Source: a virus (taxonomy: Duplodnaviria > Caudoviricetes). Taken from it: a stretch of 64,000 bases of DNA. Numbering within the stretch: position 1 is the stretch's first letter; the number at the start of each line of letters is the position of its first letter. The stretch is from positions 1,134 through 65,133 of the IMG/VR virus record IMGVR_UViG_3300017917_001798; one strand, 5' to 3'. A program made the translations under genes and the position numbers. Shown in pieces: positions 10,329-20,732 of this stretch. The notes beneath the pieces were generated by a model that worked only from the letters and a program-made list of their open reading frames with translations, made no database searches and was not told the origin of the DNA.

Positions 10329-13073
10329 ATGTCAATATTTAAAGATTCATTTAAAGAAGGTGTACAAAATCAGTTAAAATTAAGACAAAAATCTATTGCT
10401 GACCGTACCCCTAATTCAATCCAATATTTCAATTCAAGAAATGCTTGGATTAGAATGACATCTAGCGTTAATGTTGGTAACGATAATGGTGATTTAGCCA
10501 ATAAGTATGTACTATTAGGTGGTGTTTTATATGATAAAAAATTAAAATCAGGTGTAGGAAAAACAACAAAAGATGCCTATAGTACAATTACAGCTGATGG
10601 TAAAGAACATATGCTTGGTATTCGTCCAATGCCTGGTATTACCTCGATTGATGTTAAATCTAAATCAGCATATGGTTCATTAAGAGAAGTAACAGTAAAC
10701 TTTCAATGCTGGGATATTAAACAATTAGAAGAACTAGAACTATTATATATGCGCCCCGGTTACTCAGTATTAGTAGAATGGGGTTGGACTCCATATTTGA
10801 AATCTGATAAAAACGGAAATGCAATATTAGAAACAAATATTAAATTCTATGATGATGTATTAAAAGGAACAGCAACTAAAGAAACAATATGGGCCTCTAT
10901 ATTTAATAAAGCATCTGCTGATGGTAATTATGAAGGACATTATGGATTTATAAAAAATTATAGCTGGTCTGCTAGAACAGATGGTGGATACGACTGTACT
11001 ACTACTGTTATTTCTATGGGTGAAGTTATAGAATCACTAAAAATAAACTACGGAGACTATATTGTAAGCAATAAAGGATCCTATGGATATTTCTCCAATA
11101 TGAGTTCCGTAGTATCTAAGGCGTATAGTGAAAATAAAATAGCAGGAATATGTGCTGAATTATCTGAAATAATATTAAATAAAAAAAATAGCAATGATAA
11201 AGTACAAGAAGTAATATTTAACGGATATACTTTTTTTGTACTTGCTTTATCAACATCATCTAATAATAACAAACCTGTGTTAGGGGTTGGGGCTCAAATA
11301 TATATTACTTTAAAAGATTTTATTTCTGTACTTAATGATAAAGTTTTATTAAGAGATTCTAAATCAAACAAACCTATACCTGAATTATCTATGTATTGTG
11401 GAGCCCACAATGGAGGTGAAACAACACCTTTATTATGTTTAGGAGCAATACAACAATTGTCTGTTGACCCCACAGTATGTCTTATAAAAAATAAAAATTG
11501 GACTAATCCTTCTTATTTAGGCTTAGAAAATGTTTTATCACCTAGCGATCTTGAAACAACGACCAATATAATTAATACTTTATCTCAAGATTATTGGTAT
11601 GAAGGTGATTATGTAAATCAACAATTAGCAGTTATAGGAAATATATATATTAATTTAAATTATATATATTCTTTAGTAACAGATCCTAATATAGCTTCTC
11701 AAGATAAAAAAGAAAAAAACGATATTTCTTTATTTGATTTTCTTAAAAACATGATGTTAGGAGTTTCAACGGCTATAGGAAATACATCTAATTTTGAAAT
11801 ATTCTTAGACCCAACAGATAATAAAGCTAGAATAATAGATATAAATTACACTGGTAATAGACAAAAAGATAAGGAAGCATTCACTATAGAATTACAAAAC
11901 ACAAAATCAGTAGTTAGATCATACAAACTAGAATCTCAAATATTCCCAGAACAAATAACAACAGTAGCTATAGGAGCTCAAGCACAAGGAGGAGCATTAG
12001 CATCTAATGTAAATACATTAATTGATTTTAATCAAAATTTAACAGATAGGATTATACCTAAAAAAGATATACCTTCATTAAATAATACTGTTGATTCTGA
12101 AGAAAAAGAAAAACAACAGTTACAAGAATTAAAAAATAATTTAGGTATAATAGTAAAGTATATTAAAGAACTAAATCCTGGTTGGTTTGGGTTTGATAGT
12201 TTTGATACTAGCGATGTTCCCAAATATACAAACGCTTTAAAAGATATAATTAACTATTACAATAGTATAGTTGCTGTTGATTCTAAAAATAGAGCTATAA
12301 TCCCTACTAAATTATCTCTACAAATAGATGGTTTAGGAGGAGTAGTAATAGGAAATCTATTCAAAATACCAGAAAAATTCTTACCTAGAGGGTATAAAGG
12401 AGGAGGAGCAGGCCCTAGAGAAATAGCATACGTTGTTACAGGTTTAGGACATTCAATACAAAATAACGATTGGGTAACTAATATAGATTCTCAATTTATT
12501 ATTTTGGATGAACCCAGAGGTATATCATCACCGTTAGCAGCTACTGTTGTTGCTTTAAACAAAGCAGTTACTAATTCAAATGATGTAACAAACGTTAATA
12601 CATCTTCACATATATATAAAGTTGCTCCTAAAGAAACACCATCGGGATTACGTTATCCATTTGAAGGAACTTATAGAGTATCATCACCTTTCCTACTAGA
12701 AAGAACAATAGATGATGTTACAAGACCACATAAAGGATCAGATTTAGCTATACCCGTTAATACTCCTATATACGCTGTTGAAGAAGGTAATGTAGTATAC
12801 GCTGATTGGGAGGTTCGCAATAGTCCAAAAAGTGGAGGTGGACAATATGTTAAAATTAACCATAGAGGAATTATAGATGGTAAAACAACATTAAGTATGC
12901 ACCTTAATAGAATTGAAGTAAAAGTAGGACAATATGTTAAAAAAGGAGACTTAATAGGCTACTCAGGAAATACAGGACATTCTACAGCTCCTCACTTACA
13001 TTTTGAACTTAGAGAAACAAAAACACAAACAGCAATAGATGCATCAATCTATTTTCCTGATTTTAAAATATGA
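10329..13073 (+). CDS. Baseplate hub-like protein with C-terminal M23 peptidase
   Basis: N-terminal RPMPGITS...YMRPGYSVLVEWGW hub domain; HKGSD...AVEEG.V...MHL...GQ.V..G..IG.SGNTG.ST.PHLHFE. Confidence 0.88.
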   Translation: MSIFKDSFKEGVQNQLKLRQKSIADRTPNSIQYFNSRNAWIRMTSSVNVGNDNGDLANKYVLLGGVLYDKKLKSGVGKTTKDAYSTITADGKEHMLGIRPMPGITSIDVKSKSAYGSLREVTVNFQCWDIKQLEELELLYMRPGYSVLVEWGWTPYLKSDKNGNAILETNIKFYDDVLKGTATKETIWASIFNKASADGNYEGHYGFIKNYSWSARTDGGYDCTTTVISMGEVIESLKINYGDYIVSNKGSYGYFSNMSSVVSKAYSENKIAGICAELSEIILNKKNSNDKVQEVIFNGYTFFVLALSTSSNNNKPVLGVGAQIYITLKDFISVLNDKVLLRDSKSNKPIPELSMYCGAHNGGETTPLLCLGAIQQLSVDPTVCLIKNKNWTNPSYLGLENVLSPSDLETTTNIINTLSQDYWYEGDYVNQQLAVIGNIYINLNYIYSLVTDPNIASQDKKEKNDISLFDFLKNMMLGVSTAIGNTSNFEIFLDPTDNKARIIDINYTGNRQKDKEAFTIELQNTKSVVRSYKLESQIFPEQITTVAIGAQAQGGALASNVNTLIDFNQNLTDRIIPKKDIPSLNNTVDSEEKEKQQLQELKNNLGIIVKYIKELNPGWFGFDSFDTSDVPKYTNALKDIINYYNSIVAVDSKNRAIIPTKLSLQIDGLGGVVIGNLFKIPEKFLPRGYKGGGAGPREIAYVVTGLGHSIQNNDWVTNIDSQFIILDEPRGISSPLAATVVALNKAVTNSNDVTNVNTSSHIYKVAPKETPSGLRYPFEGTYRVSSPFLLERTIDDVTRPHKGSDLAIPVNTPIYAVEEGNVVYADWEVRNSPKSGGGQYVKINHRGIIDGKTTLSMHLNRIEVKVGQYVKKGDLIGYSGNTGHSTAPHLHFELRETKTQTAIDASIYFPDFKI

Positions 13074-13552
13074 AAGTACCAGCAAACATAATATCAACAG
13101 GTAAATACACTCAAGGAAATGAATTTATGTATTCAGATAACTATGAAAGTTATCAAGGATACTATTATGAAATAAATAATAAAACATTTGCTGGGAAAGA
13201 ATTTAATACTAATGCTAGAGAAATAATTAAATTAGATTCTAGTAAGGTTAATAAATTAAAATCAAATCCTGAAACATCTACATACGGGTTCTTATCTAAT
13301 AATACAATTGAAGAGAATAAAGCTAGTGGTATAGTTTATTTAGGAGAAGATATTATAAGGTATTTTGCTAAGAAATTAAATAATAATCCTGCTCTAATTA
13401 GAGAAATAGATAAGAATACATTTGAAATGTTAAAAACAGATCCTATATATCAGACTATAGCTGTTAATATCCCTGCTAGTGAAGAAACATCTCTTGAATT
13501 AGAACAAGCAGATAAACAAATGCCTGGGTTAAAAGACTTTTTGTTAGGCTAA
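13070..13552 (+). CDS. Hypothetical protein (tail module)
   Basis: YT.GNEF...Y.GYY...FAG motif; overlaps previous stop. Confidence 0.75.
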   Translation: MKVPANIISTGKYTQGNEFMYSDNYESYQGYYYEINNKTFAGKEFNTNAREIIKLDSSKVNKLKSNPETSTYGFLSNNTIEENKASGIVYLGEDIIRYFAKKLNNNPALIREIDKNTFEMLKTDPIYQTIAVNIPASEETSLELEQADKQMPGLKDFLLG

Positions 13553-13570
13553 AAACATACAATATATTCA
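13541..13570 (+). promoter_or_regulatory. Bacteroidota-type sigma70 promoter, TTG-N19-TATATTCA
   Basis: Same TTG-N19/20-TAnnTT(T/C)A spacing recurs at 17623, 26741, 36677, 38454, 61420, 61998, 63622, 63842. Confidence 0.7.
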
Positions 13571-13590
13571 TCTTATAAAGGTTATGAGAT

Positions 13591-14880
13591 ATGAGTTTTT
13601 ACATTATAGAACGTCCAGATCAACTTGAAAGATTAGGATCAATGAACGATTGCTTTGTTCATTTTATTCCCAAAAACAACAGATTCCATCCATTATTAAC
13701 TACATTAAGTTTAGTGTATGTTAGACCACTTGATGGAAAAAAAGGATTTATGCTATGTGTAAATCATAGTGAATCATTTAGTTTAGATATAAAAGACGTG
13801 CTGTGGTTTCTACTAAATAATACTCAACGATTGTTCGTTTTAGATAAAAAACAAGCGCGTTATTGGTTTGATCATCCCCAAAAATTATTTGATGTTAATT
13901 TTATTAAACATATAACACCTACATCAACGTCGTGTACTGATTATTATTATAGCACTAACGGTTATCTACCTAATATTAACTGTTTGATCCCTATTAGCAA
14001 ACACTATGAGGAATGTGAAAACATATTTAATGATGTAATACCATTACTAACAGGAAATTGGCAAACACCTCAATTTAGTTTTAATAATGATCATACATCT
14101 AATGTATTCTATCAGCTCGAATCAAACGGTATAAAACTAGATAAAGACAATTTCATCACCCATTACAGTAGTAGCATTCCCCACCCTGAATTCAATTTAT
14201 CTCGCGGAAAAGTATACACACATTATAATCTATACACAACAACATCCCGCCCATCTAACACATTTAATAGTATAAACTTTGCAGCATTAAATAAAGATAA
14301 TGGGGAAAGGATGAGCTATATACCAGAAAATGATAAATTTATTGAAATCGACATTCAAGGTTACCATCCGCGATTGATTGGTGAGTTAATTAATTTTCCG
14401 TTTTTAAACACTAGAAACACATATGAAACCTTAGCGACTATATTAGATGTTACCCCGCAAGACGCAAAAGAATTAACATTTAAACAGTTATACGGTGGTG
14501 TTTGGTCTGAATATCAATACAAACCATTTTTTAAAGAAGTTGGTATCTTCATAGATGATATGTGGGACACGTATCAATATGGCAAATATTATGAAACCGA
14601 AAATAAAATATTTACACTTGATAGTGACCTATCCCAAACTAAACTATTTAATTATATAATCCAGAGTAAAGAAACATCAACTAACGTTAAAATATTAGAA
14701 CGTTTATTGGATTATTTAAAAGATAAAAAAACAAAAATAGTACTATATACTTATGATGCGTTTTTGTTAGACTATAGCGAAGAAGATGGCAACAATATAT
14801 TAAAAGATATAATAAATATAATACAATACCCAGTAACTATTAAACAAGGTAAATCGTATCACGGTTTAGAAAAAATTTAA
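13591..14880 (+). CDS. Compact family-A DNA polymerase-like protein
   Basis: TTTSRPSN, motif A EIDIQGYHPRL, motif B AKELTFKQLYGG, NYIIQS, motif C LYTYDAFL. Confidence 0.85.
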   Translation: MSFYIIERPDQLERLGSMNDCFVHFIPKNNRFHPLLTTLSLVYVRPLDGKKGFMLCVNHSESFSLDIKDVLWFLLNNTQRLFVLDKKQARYWFDHPQKLFDVNFIKHITPTSTSCTDYYYSTNGYLPNINCLIPISKHYEECENIFNDVIPLLTGNWQTPQFSFNNDHTSNVFYQLESNGIKLDKDNFITHYSSSIPHPEFNLSRGKVYTHYNLYTTTSRPSNTFNSINFAALNKDNGERMSYIPENDKFIEIDIQGYHPRLIGELINFPFLNTRNTYETLATILDVTPQDAKELTFKQLYGGVWSEYQYKPFFKEVGIFIDDMWDTYQYGKYYETENKIFTLDSDLSQTKLFNYIIQSKETSTNVKILERLLDYLKDKKTKIVLYTYDAFLLDYSEEDGNNILKDIINIIQYPVTIKQGKSYHGLEKI

Positions 14881-14889
14881 ATATTTATT

Positions 14890-15309
14890 ATGGAACAATA
14901 TAATCTATTCGACCAATTGAATAAACTATTCGCAACATTTACGTCTTACGATGAGTTAGAGAACACAATATCAACTATTAATCGTAAATATTCAATATTA
15001 TTCGGTAAAATATTCGTATTAGAATCGCCTCAAAGTGATGAATTAATATGCACATATAATATCGATACGGGCAACGTATCTGATTTACCGTTATCTAATA
15101 CAATATTATTACACCGCAAGAAAGAATCAAACACCCTATACACAATTAATGCTTTAAATACATTAATTAAGTCGTTGAATGGTGGGAGATTAGATAAAAA
15201 TTATATGGTAGATTGGACTCAATATAAAAACAGCATATTATTAACCAATGGTCCTGACTTGCGTAAATTAGATACATCTATACATAAAATTATAGATCTG
15301 AATAAATAA
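14890..15309 (+). CDS. Hypothetical phage protein
   Basis: 139-aa ORF (NKLFATF...TYN...HRKKESNTLYTINALN) behind late motif. Confidence 0.8.
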   Translation: MEQYNLFDQLNKLFATFTSYDELENTISTINRKYSILFGKIFVLESPQSDELICTYNIDTGNVSDLPLSNTILLHRKKESNTLYTINALNTLIKSLNGGRLDKNYMVDWTQYKNSILLTNGPDLRKLDTSIHKIIDLNK

Positions 15310-15328
15310 CTAGTATTTATAAAGTACA

Positions 15329-15574
15329 ATGAAAAAAACTAACGAGATAAAAAGAATGCAGCAATTAGCTAGTGTGACAAACGAAGGTATTGATCCTCTT
15401 TTTTCTCTAACTGATCAAGAAAAAACATATTTAAAAAACAGAACAGAAGCATTTATTAATACCGCTGTACTTAACTCAGATATAGTAGCTAATGATTTTG
15501 AATATATGTCCCCTGCTAAAGAGAAAGCAGCAATTCAGTTTATTGTAGATATTTTAAAAGCAAAAATATCCTAA
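15329..15574 (+). CDS. Hypothetical protein with E.KRMQQLA N-terminal motif (candidate head-internal protein)
   Basis: N-terminus shared with 37487 ORF; preceded by GTATTTAT. Confidence 0.75.
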   Translation: MKKTNEIKRMQQLASVTNEGIDPLFSLTDQEKTYLKNRTEAFINTAVLNSDIVANDFEYMSPAKEKAAIQFIVDILKAKIS

Positions 15575-16353
15575 TGATCAAATTAATTGATATATTAAGA
15601 GAAAGTAATATACTTATTCCTCGCCGTTCTAAAGAGGAACGTCAAAAAAACTATTTAATCGCTACACAAAAAAAGATAAAGAAATACATCGAAAATGGTA
15701 GTGTAGGTAACTTAGATTTGTATAAGGCTCCAATTACATCTTTACCTGCCAACTTAGAAGTTGGAGGTGGTTTAAATTTAAATTATGCTAAAATCGCCTC
15801 TTTACCCGATAACCTAAAAGTTGTAGGTGACTTAGATTTGTATAAGGCTCCAATTACATCTTTACCTGCCAACTTAGAAGTTGGAGGTGGTTTAAATTTA
15901 GGTAATACTAAAATCACATCTTTACCCGATAACTTAAAAGTTGGAGGTGGTTTAAATTTAACTAGTACTCCAATTACATCCTTACCTGATGGTTTAAAAG
16001 TTGGGGGTAGTTTAATCTTAAGTTATACTAAAATCACATCTTTACCCGATAACTTAAAAGTTGGAGGTGATTTAGATTTAACTAGTACTCCAATTACATC
16101 TTTACCCGATAATCTAAAAATTAAAGGTAATTTAAGTTTAGGTAACACTAAAATTACATCTTTACCTGATAATTTAGAAATTGGAGGTAATTTAAATTTA
16201 AATTATGCTAAAATCGCCTCTTTGCCTTATAGCTTAAAAGTCGGAAACAATTTACATTTATTTGACACTCCAGTCGCTTCTAAATACACTAAAACACAAA
16301 TAAAACAAATGGTACCTGGTGTTAGAGGTGAACTTTACGGTGTTAAAGGTTAA
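15574..16353 (+). CDS. Leucine-rich-repeat protein with MIKLIDILRE N-terminus
   Basis: About nine 20-aa repeats LxLxxTxITSLPDNLKVGG. Confidence 0.9.
   Translation: MIKLIDILRESNILIPRRSKEERQKNYLIATQKKIKKYIENGSVGNLDLYKAPITSLPANLEVGGGLNLNYAKIASLPDNLKVVGDLDLYKAPITSLPANLEVGGGLNLGNTKITSLPDNLKVGGGLNLTSTPITSLPDGLKVGGSLILSYTKITSLPDNLKVGGDLDLTSTPITSLPDNLKIKGNLSLGNTKITSLPDNLEIGGNLNLNYAKIASLPYSLKVGNNLHLFDTPVASKYTKTQIKQMVPGVRGELYGVKG
15709..16260 (+). repeat. Tandem 60-bp coding repeats (LRR units)
   Basis: 15711-15780 identical to 15831-15900; further 60-nt-periodic copies. Confidence 0.9.
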
Positions 16354-16377
16354 CTTTACATGTAATATACAAACAAC

Positions 16378-17163
16378 ATGAATTTAAAACAATCAAAAAT
16401 CCTAAAAGAAAATTTAGTGTATATTGCTGAGAACATTAAATTAGCTAAACAATTATTTGATCAAGGTAAAATATCAAAAGAAGATTTTGAATCACTACTT
16501 AAAGCAGATCCGACTCCTCAGAAGAAATACTCTGGGTGGATGGTTAAAATGTTCATTCAAGATAAAGTTTCAATAGATAACCTAAGAAATACAATTGAAG
16601 AATTTGACACTTTTTTAAAAAAAGGAAAAGCAAAAACAAAAGATATTAACGCTTTTAAATCCTTTAAAGAACTTCGTGCTGAAGTAGAAGAATTAAATCA
16701 ATCTGGCGAAGGAGTATCAGCAAAAGAATTAGAGAACGATTATGAAGTAATAATAAATAACGCAGATTTGTATATTGCTGTACCTCATACTCACGAAGCT
16801 TCTCGTAAATTAGGTCTTTCAAAATTTGCTTTTAGGGATTGTGAAGGTGGAGGCAAAGATTCAGCTTGGTGTACAACCTATAAAGCACCTGATCATTTTG
16901 ATGATTATTATTATAATCAGAATATTACTTTTTACTATATTAGAGTGTTATCTAAAGAATTAATTGCAAAATTAAAAAAAGCATTTCCTTCAAAATACAA
17001 AGAATTGATAGTTGTAGCATTAGCTGTGAAAGAAGATGATCAAACTGACGGATATGACGATTATGACGATATTGATGGTCAAATAGACGGTTACGATGGG
17101 CTTGATAATCAAATACCCCCAAGAGATATAGAAAAATATACTAAAATTATAGGAATATCCTAA
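16378..17163 (+). CDS. Hypothetical protein (ADPT..KKY..W and WCT motifs)
   Basis: 261-aa ORF, N-terminus MNLKQSKILKE. Confidence 0.8.
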   Translation: MNLKQSKILKENLVYIAENIKLAKQLFDQGKISKEDFESLLKADPTPQKKYSGWMVKMFIQDKVSIDNLRNTIEEFDTFLKKGKAKTKDINAFKSFKELRAEVEELNQSGEGVSAKELENDYEVIINNADLYIAVPHTHEASRKLGLSKFAFRDCEGGGKDSAWCTTYKAPDHFDDYYYNQNITFYYIRVLSKELIAKLKKAFPSKYKELIVVALAVKEDDQTDGYDDYDDIDGQIDGYDGLDNQIPPRDIEKYTKIIGIS

Positions 17164-17621
17164 TGATTAAATTAATAGACATATTACGTGAAATATCTAC
17201 CCAATTCAATAATTGGAAGGTACCATCCCCACAACAATTAACAGCTGAATATCGCATAGAACATGAATTAAAAGGTAATGATTTCTTTGATAGTGAAGCG
17301 GAATTTATCGATGCTGTGCGTAATGGAGAAATAATAACAGTTACACCACAAATAGATGCTTCTATAGATTACAGAAGCGGAACTGACTCGTACGATGAAT
17401 TATTAAATTTAATTAAATCGTATCGTTCATATCCTAAATATAGAAACGAAGATACATTGAAAGACATGTATGATGCTTTCAAAACAAACAAACCAATGGA
17501 TCTACCCATAATAATACAATTCCCCAGTGGGTATAAACGCATATTCTCAGGCAATACTAGAATGGACATTGCTTTCCAGTTAGGAATCAATCCTAAAGTT
17601 TTATTAATAAAAGCTAAGTAA
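17163..17621 (+). CDS. ParB/Srx-like domain protein with MIKLIDILRE N-terminus
   Basis: PIII...IFSGNTRM resembles the ParB-N core. Confidence 0.65.
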   Translation: MIKLIDILREISTQFNNWKVPSPQQLTAEYRIEHELKGNDFFDSEAEFIDAVRNGEIITVTPQIDASIDYRSGTDSYDELLNLIKSYRSYPKYRNEDTLKDMYDAFKTNKPMDLPIIIQFPSGYKRIFSGNTRMDIAFQLGINPKVLLIKAK

Positions 17622-17677
17622 TTTGGCGGTCCAAATTAAGGTTATTACGTTCAAGGAAACAATTAAACAGTTATAAA

Positions 17678-18511
17678 ATGGATTTAAATCTAGCAAAACA
17701 AAAGCTAGCTGCAGCCCAAAATAAGGGTGGACAGCAACGCGAAAAAATTGACTACAGTAAGATCTACTGGAAACCAAAACCGGGTACATACCAAATCCGC
17801 ATTTTACCAAGCAAGTATGATAAGTCTTGGCCTATCCGTGAAGTGCATTTTCACTATGGTTTCTCTAAGGGACCTATCTTAGCATTATCTAATTGGGGTG
17901 AATCAGATCCTATTACTGACTTCGCTAAGAATCTTCGCAAATCATCTGATAAAGAAGATTGGCAATTAGCTAACAAAATTTCTCCTAAATCTCGTTACTT
18001 TGCAGCTGTAATAGTAAGAGGTGAAGAACACTTAGGTGCTCGTTTATGGGAGTTTGGTAAGCTAACTAATGATCAGTTATTAGGTATTGCTGCTGATGAT
18101 GATTATGGTGATTTTACAGACATCACAGATGGTAGAGATTTCACTATTGATGCTACTGATGATACTGTAGCAGGTAGAAAAGTAGTAAAATGTACTCTTC
18201 GCATTAAACCAAAAACAACACCTATATCAAGTGATGCTGCGTTAGTAGAGAAAGTACTAAACGAACAACCTGATATTTTAGCTATTAATCGTAGATACAC
18301 TTACGATCAGCTTAAAGAGGTATTATCTAAATGGTTAAACCCAGAAGAAGAAGCTGCAGCTACTGAAGCACCAATTGCATCAGTAAATGAAGATGACGAG
18401 GAAGGTGATGATTTCTTAAAGGAAATGAATAAACCTATCCAGGCGTATACAGTAGAAGAAAAAGCAACTAAAGCGAGTAACGCTGATAAGTTTAACGACT
18501 TATTTAACTAA
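17678..18511 (+). CDS. Single-stranded DNA-binding protein (gp32-like)
   Basis: WKP..G...IRILP, HY, D.TD...GRD, acidic C-terminal tail ending DLFN; upstream of recA. Confidence 0.85.
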   Translation: MDLNLAKQKLAAAQNKGGQQREKIDYSKIYWKPKPGTYQIRILPSKYDKSWPIREVHFHYGFSKGPILALSNWGESDPITDFAKNLRKSSDKEDWQLANKISPKSRYFAAVIVRGEEHLGARLWEFGKLTNDQLLGIAADDDYGDFTDITDGRDFTIDATDDTVAGRKVVKCTLRIKPKTTPISSDAALVEKVLNEQPDILAINRRYTYDQLKEVLSKWLNPEEEAAATEAPIASVNEDDEEGDDFLKEMNKPIQAYTVEEKATKASNADKFNDLFN

Positions 18512-18519
18512 TTAACATT

Positions 18520-18560
18520 GAACACAGCCTCCTCTTTAAGAGGTGGCTTGTGTTCTCTTT
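18520..18560 (+). terminator. Hairpin after ssb
   Basis: GAACACAGCCTCCTCT-TTA-AGAGGTGGCTTGTGTTC followed by TCTTT. Confidence 0.6.
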
Positions 18561-18578
18561 CACTTAATAGAAAATAAA

Positions 18579-19682
18579 ATGGCTAAAAGTAAAGACGCTA
18601 GTCTAACAGCAGTAGTCTCTGACTCACTGAAGAAATCATTTGATATAAATGCGTTTAAGAAATCTAAATTCTTAGACCAGTCGTCAAAATTTAAAAAGCA
18701 AAGATGGATTCCATTCTCCCCAGCGGTAAAAGATGCACTTTCTATTCCTGGTATTCCTATGGGACAAGTAGTAATAGCTAGAGGAGGATCTGATACAGGT
18801 AAAACAACACTATTAATTGAAGCAGCAGTAACTGCTCAAAAAATGGGAGTACTACCAGTATTCATTATCACTGAAATGAAATGGGATTTTGCTCACGCTC
18901 AAACAATGGGATTAGAGTTAGAAGCTATACCAGATGAAGAAACAGGTGAAGTAATGGATTATAAAGGTTTCTTCTTATATGTTGATAGAGCATCTCTAAA
19001 CACAATTGAAGATGTATCTGCGTTTATAGCGGATATATTGAGTGAACAAAAGAAAGGTAAATTACCTTACGATCTATTGTTCTTATGGGATTCAGTAGGT
19101 TCTATTCCATGTGAAATGAGTGTTAAACAGGGTAATAATAATCCAATGTGGAATGCAGGTGCTATGGCAACACAATTTGGTAATTTTATCAACCAACAAT
19201 TTCCATTGTCGCGTAAGGAAAATTACCCATACACTAATACATTCTTTGTAATTAATAAAACAGGAGTGCAACCAGCGTTAACGCCTATGTCTCAACCCAA
19301 GATGACTAATAAAGGTGGTAATGCTATGTATTGGGATGCTGCAATCGTTATTACATTTGGTAATATAACCAATAGTGGTACAAGTAAAATTCATGCGCAA
19401 CATAAGGGTAAAAAGGTAGAATTTGCTAAGCGTACTAAGGTAGCAATTGATAAAATACACGCCGATTGTGGAGTAGCAACCTCCTCTACTGTGATTGTAA
19501 CACCACATGGATTTATTCCTGATAATAAAGATGAAGAGAAAGCTTACAAAGCAGCTCATGCTCATGAATGGTTTGGAAAAGATATTAATGTAGATGAGAT
19601 TCAGATCACTGAAGATAATAGTGAGTGGGAAGAAAGCAGTAAAATATCTCCAATGGTGGAAATAGATAATAATGAAGAATAA
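18579..19682 (+). CDS. recA: RecA/UvsX-like recombinase
   Basis: Walker A GGSDTGKTT, LWDSVGS, KGG.A motif; ATG at 18579 preferred over GTG 18543. Confidence 0.9.
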   Translation: MAKSKDASLTAVVSDSLKKSFDINAFKKSKFLDQSSKFKKQRWIPFSPAVKDALSIPGIPMGQVVIARGGSDTGKTTLLIEAAVTAQKMGVLPVFIITEMKWDFAHAQTMGLELEAIPDEETGEVMDYKGFFLYVDRASLNTIEDVSAFIADILSEQKKGKLPYDLLFLWDSVGSIPCEMSVKQGNNNPMWNAGAMATQFGNFINQQFPLSRKENYPYTNTFFVINKTGVQPALTPMSQPKMTNKGGNAMYWDAAIVITFGNITNSGTSKIHAQHKGKKVEFAKRTKVAIDKIHADCGVATSSTVIVTPHGFIPDNKDEEKAYKAAHAHEWFGKDINVDEIQITEDNSEWEESSKISPMVEIDNNEE

Positions 19683-19684
19683 AT

Positions 19685-20710
19685 ATGAATGAGAAATATG
19701 CTCAACTTATATCTAACATACAACCAGATATTCGTAAAGAATTAAATTCAATTCTAATTGTAGATGGCTTAAATACATTTTTAAGAGCATTCACAATGAT
19801 AAATCACTTAAATCCAGATGGCCATCACATTGGTGGCCTTACTGGATTTTTAAAATCAGTAGGTTATGCTATTCGCATATCCGATCCAACTAAAGTAGTT
19901 ATAGTATTTGATGGTGTTGGTGGTTCAAACGCTAGGAGAAATTTATATCCTGACTACAAGGCAAATAGAAATAACAACCGTATGACTAATTACTCTATAT
20001 TTTCATCTAAAGATGAAGAGCAAGAGAGTATTAATAATCAGATGGAACGTTTAATTCAATATCTTCAATGCTTACCTGTTACAGTAATTAGTATTGAAGG
20101 ATTAGAAGCAGATGATGTTATTGGATATTTAACTAATAAATTTCAGGTGTATGATGATACTCAACAAGTAACTATAATGTCAGCTGATAAGGATTTCCTT
20201 CAGTTAGTATCTCCTAAAGTACAAGTATATTCTCCTGTTAAAAAGAAAATATATGGTCCTAAAGAGGTAAGAGAAGAATATGGTGTTAGCTATGATAATT
20301 TTATTAATTATAAAATATTATTAGGAGATTCATCCGATAATATTCCTGGTATTACTGGTTTAGGTCCTAAAAAATTACTTAAACTATTCCCTATGCTTTT
20401 TCTACTGAATAGAGTTCCATTAAGTGAAATTATAGATCTAGCTGCTAAAAATATAGATAAAAATAAATTATATTTATCTGTTGTGGAAAGAAGACATCAA
20501 TTAGAAATTAATGAAAGGTTGATGACTTTGGATGGAAGCTTCTTATCACCGGAGAATAAACAATTAGTGAAAGACGCTTTTAATAATTCTTATGAATTGA
20601 ATATACCTATGTTTCTGCAGTTATATTATAACGATAAACTAGGAGAAAGTATACCAAATGCATCAGCGTGGTTGGCTCAACTCTTTAATTATCTTAATTC
20701 GTTCAAATAA
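19685..20710 (+). CDS. 5'-3' exonuclease / T4 RNase H-like
   Basis: VDGLN, FDG, Y..YKANR, EADDVI, SADKDFLQL, GDSSDNIPG..G.GPK. Confidence 0.93.
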   Translation: MNEKYAQLISNIQPDIRKELNSILIVDGLNTFLRAFTMINHLNPDGHHIGGLTGFLKSVGYAIRISDPTKVVIVFDGVGGSNARRNLYPDYKANRNNNRMTNYSIFSSKDEEQESINNQMERLIQYLQCLPVTVISIEGLEADDVIGYLTNKFQVYDDTQQVTIMSADKDFLQLVSPKVQVYSPVKKKIYGPKEVREEYGVSYDNFINYKILLGDSSDNIPGITGLGPKKLLKLFPMLFLLNRVPLSEIIDLAAKNIDKNKLYLSVVERRHQLEINERLMTLDGSFLSPENKQLVKDAFNNSYELNIPMFLQLYYNDKLGESIPNASAWLAQLFNYLNSFK

Positions 20711-20732
20711 ATACAATAAAAATAGGTTATAA

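Noticed and set aside
15709-16260. Possible DGR variable/template repeat or CRISPR
   Set aside because: In-frame 60-bp LRR coding repeats; differences not adenine-specific; no reverse transcriptase in the window
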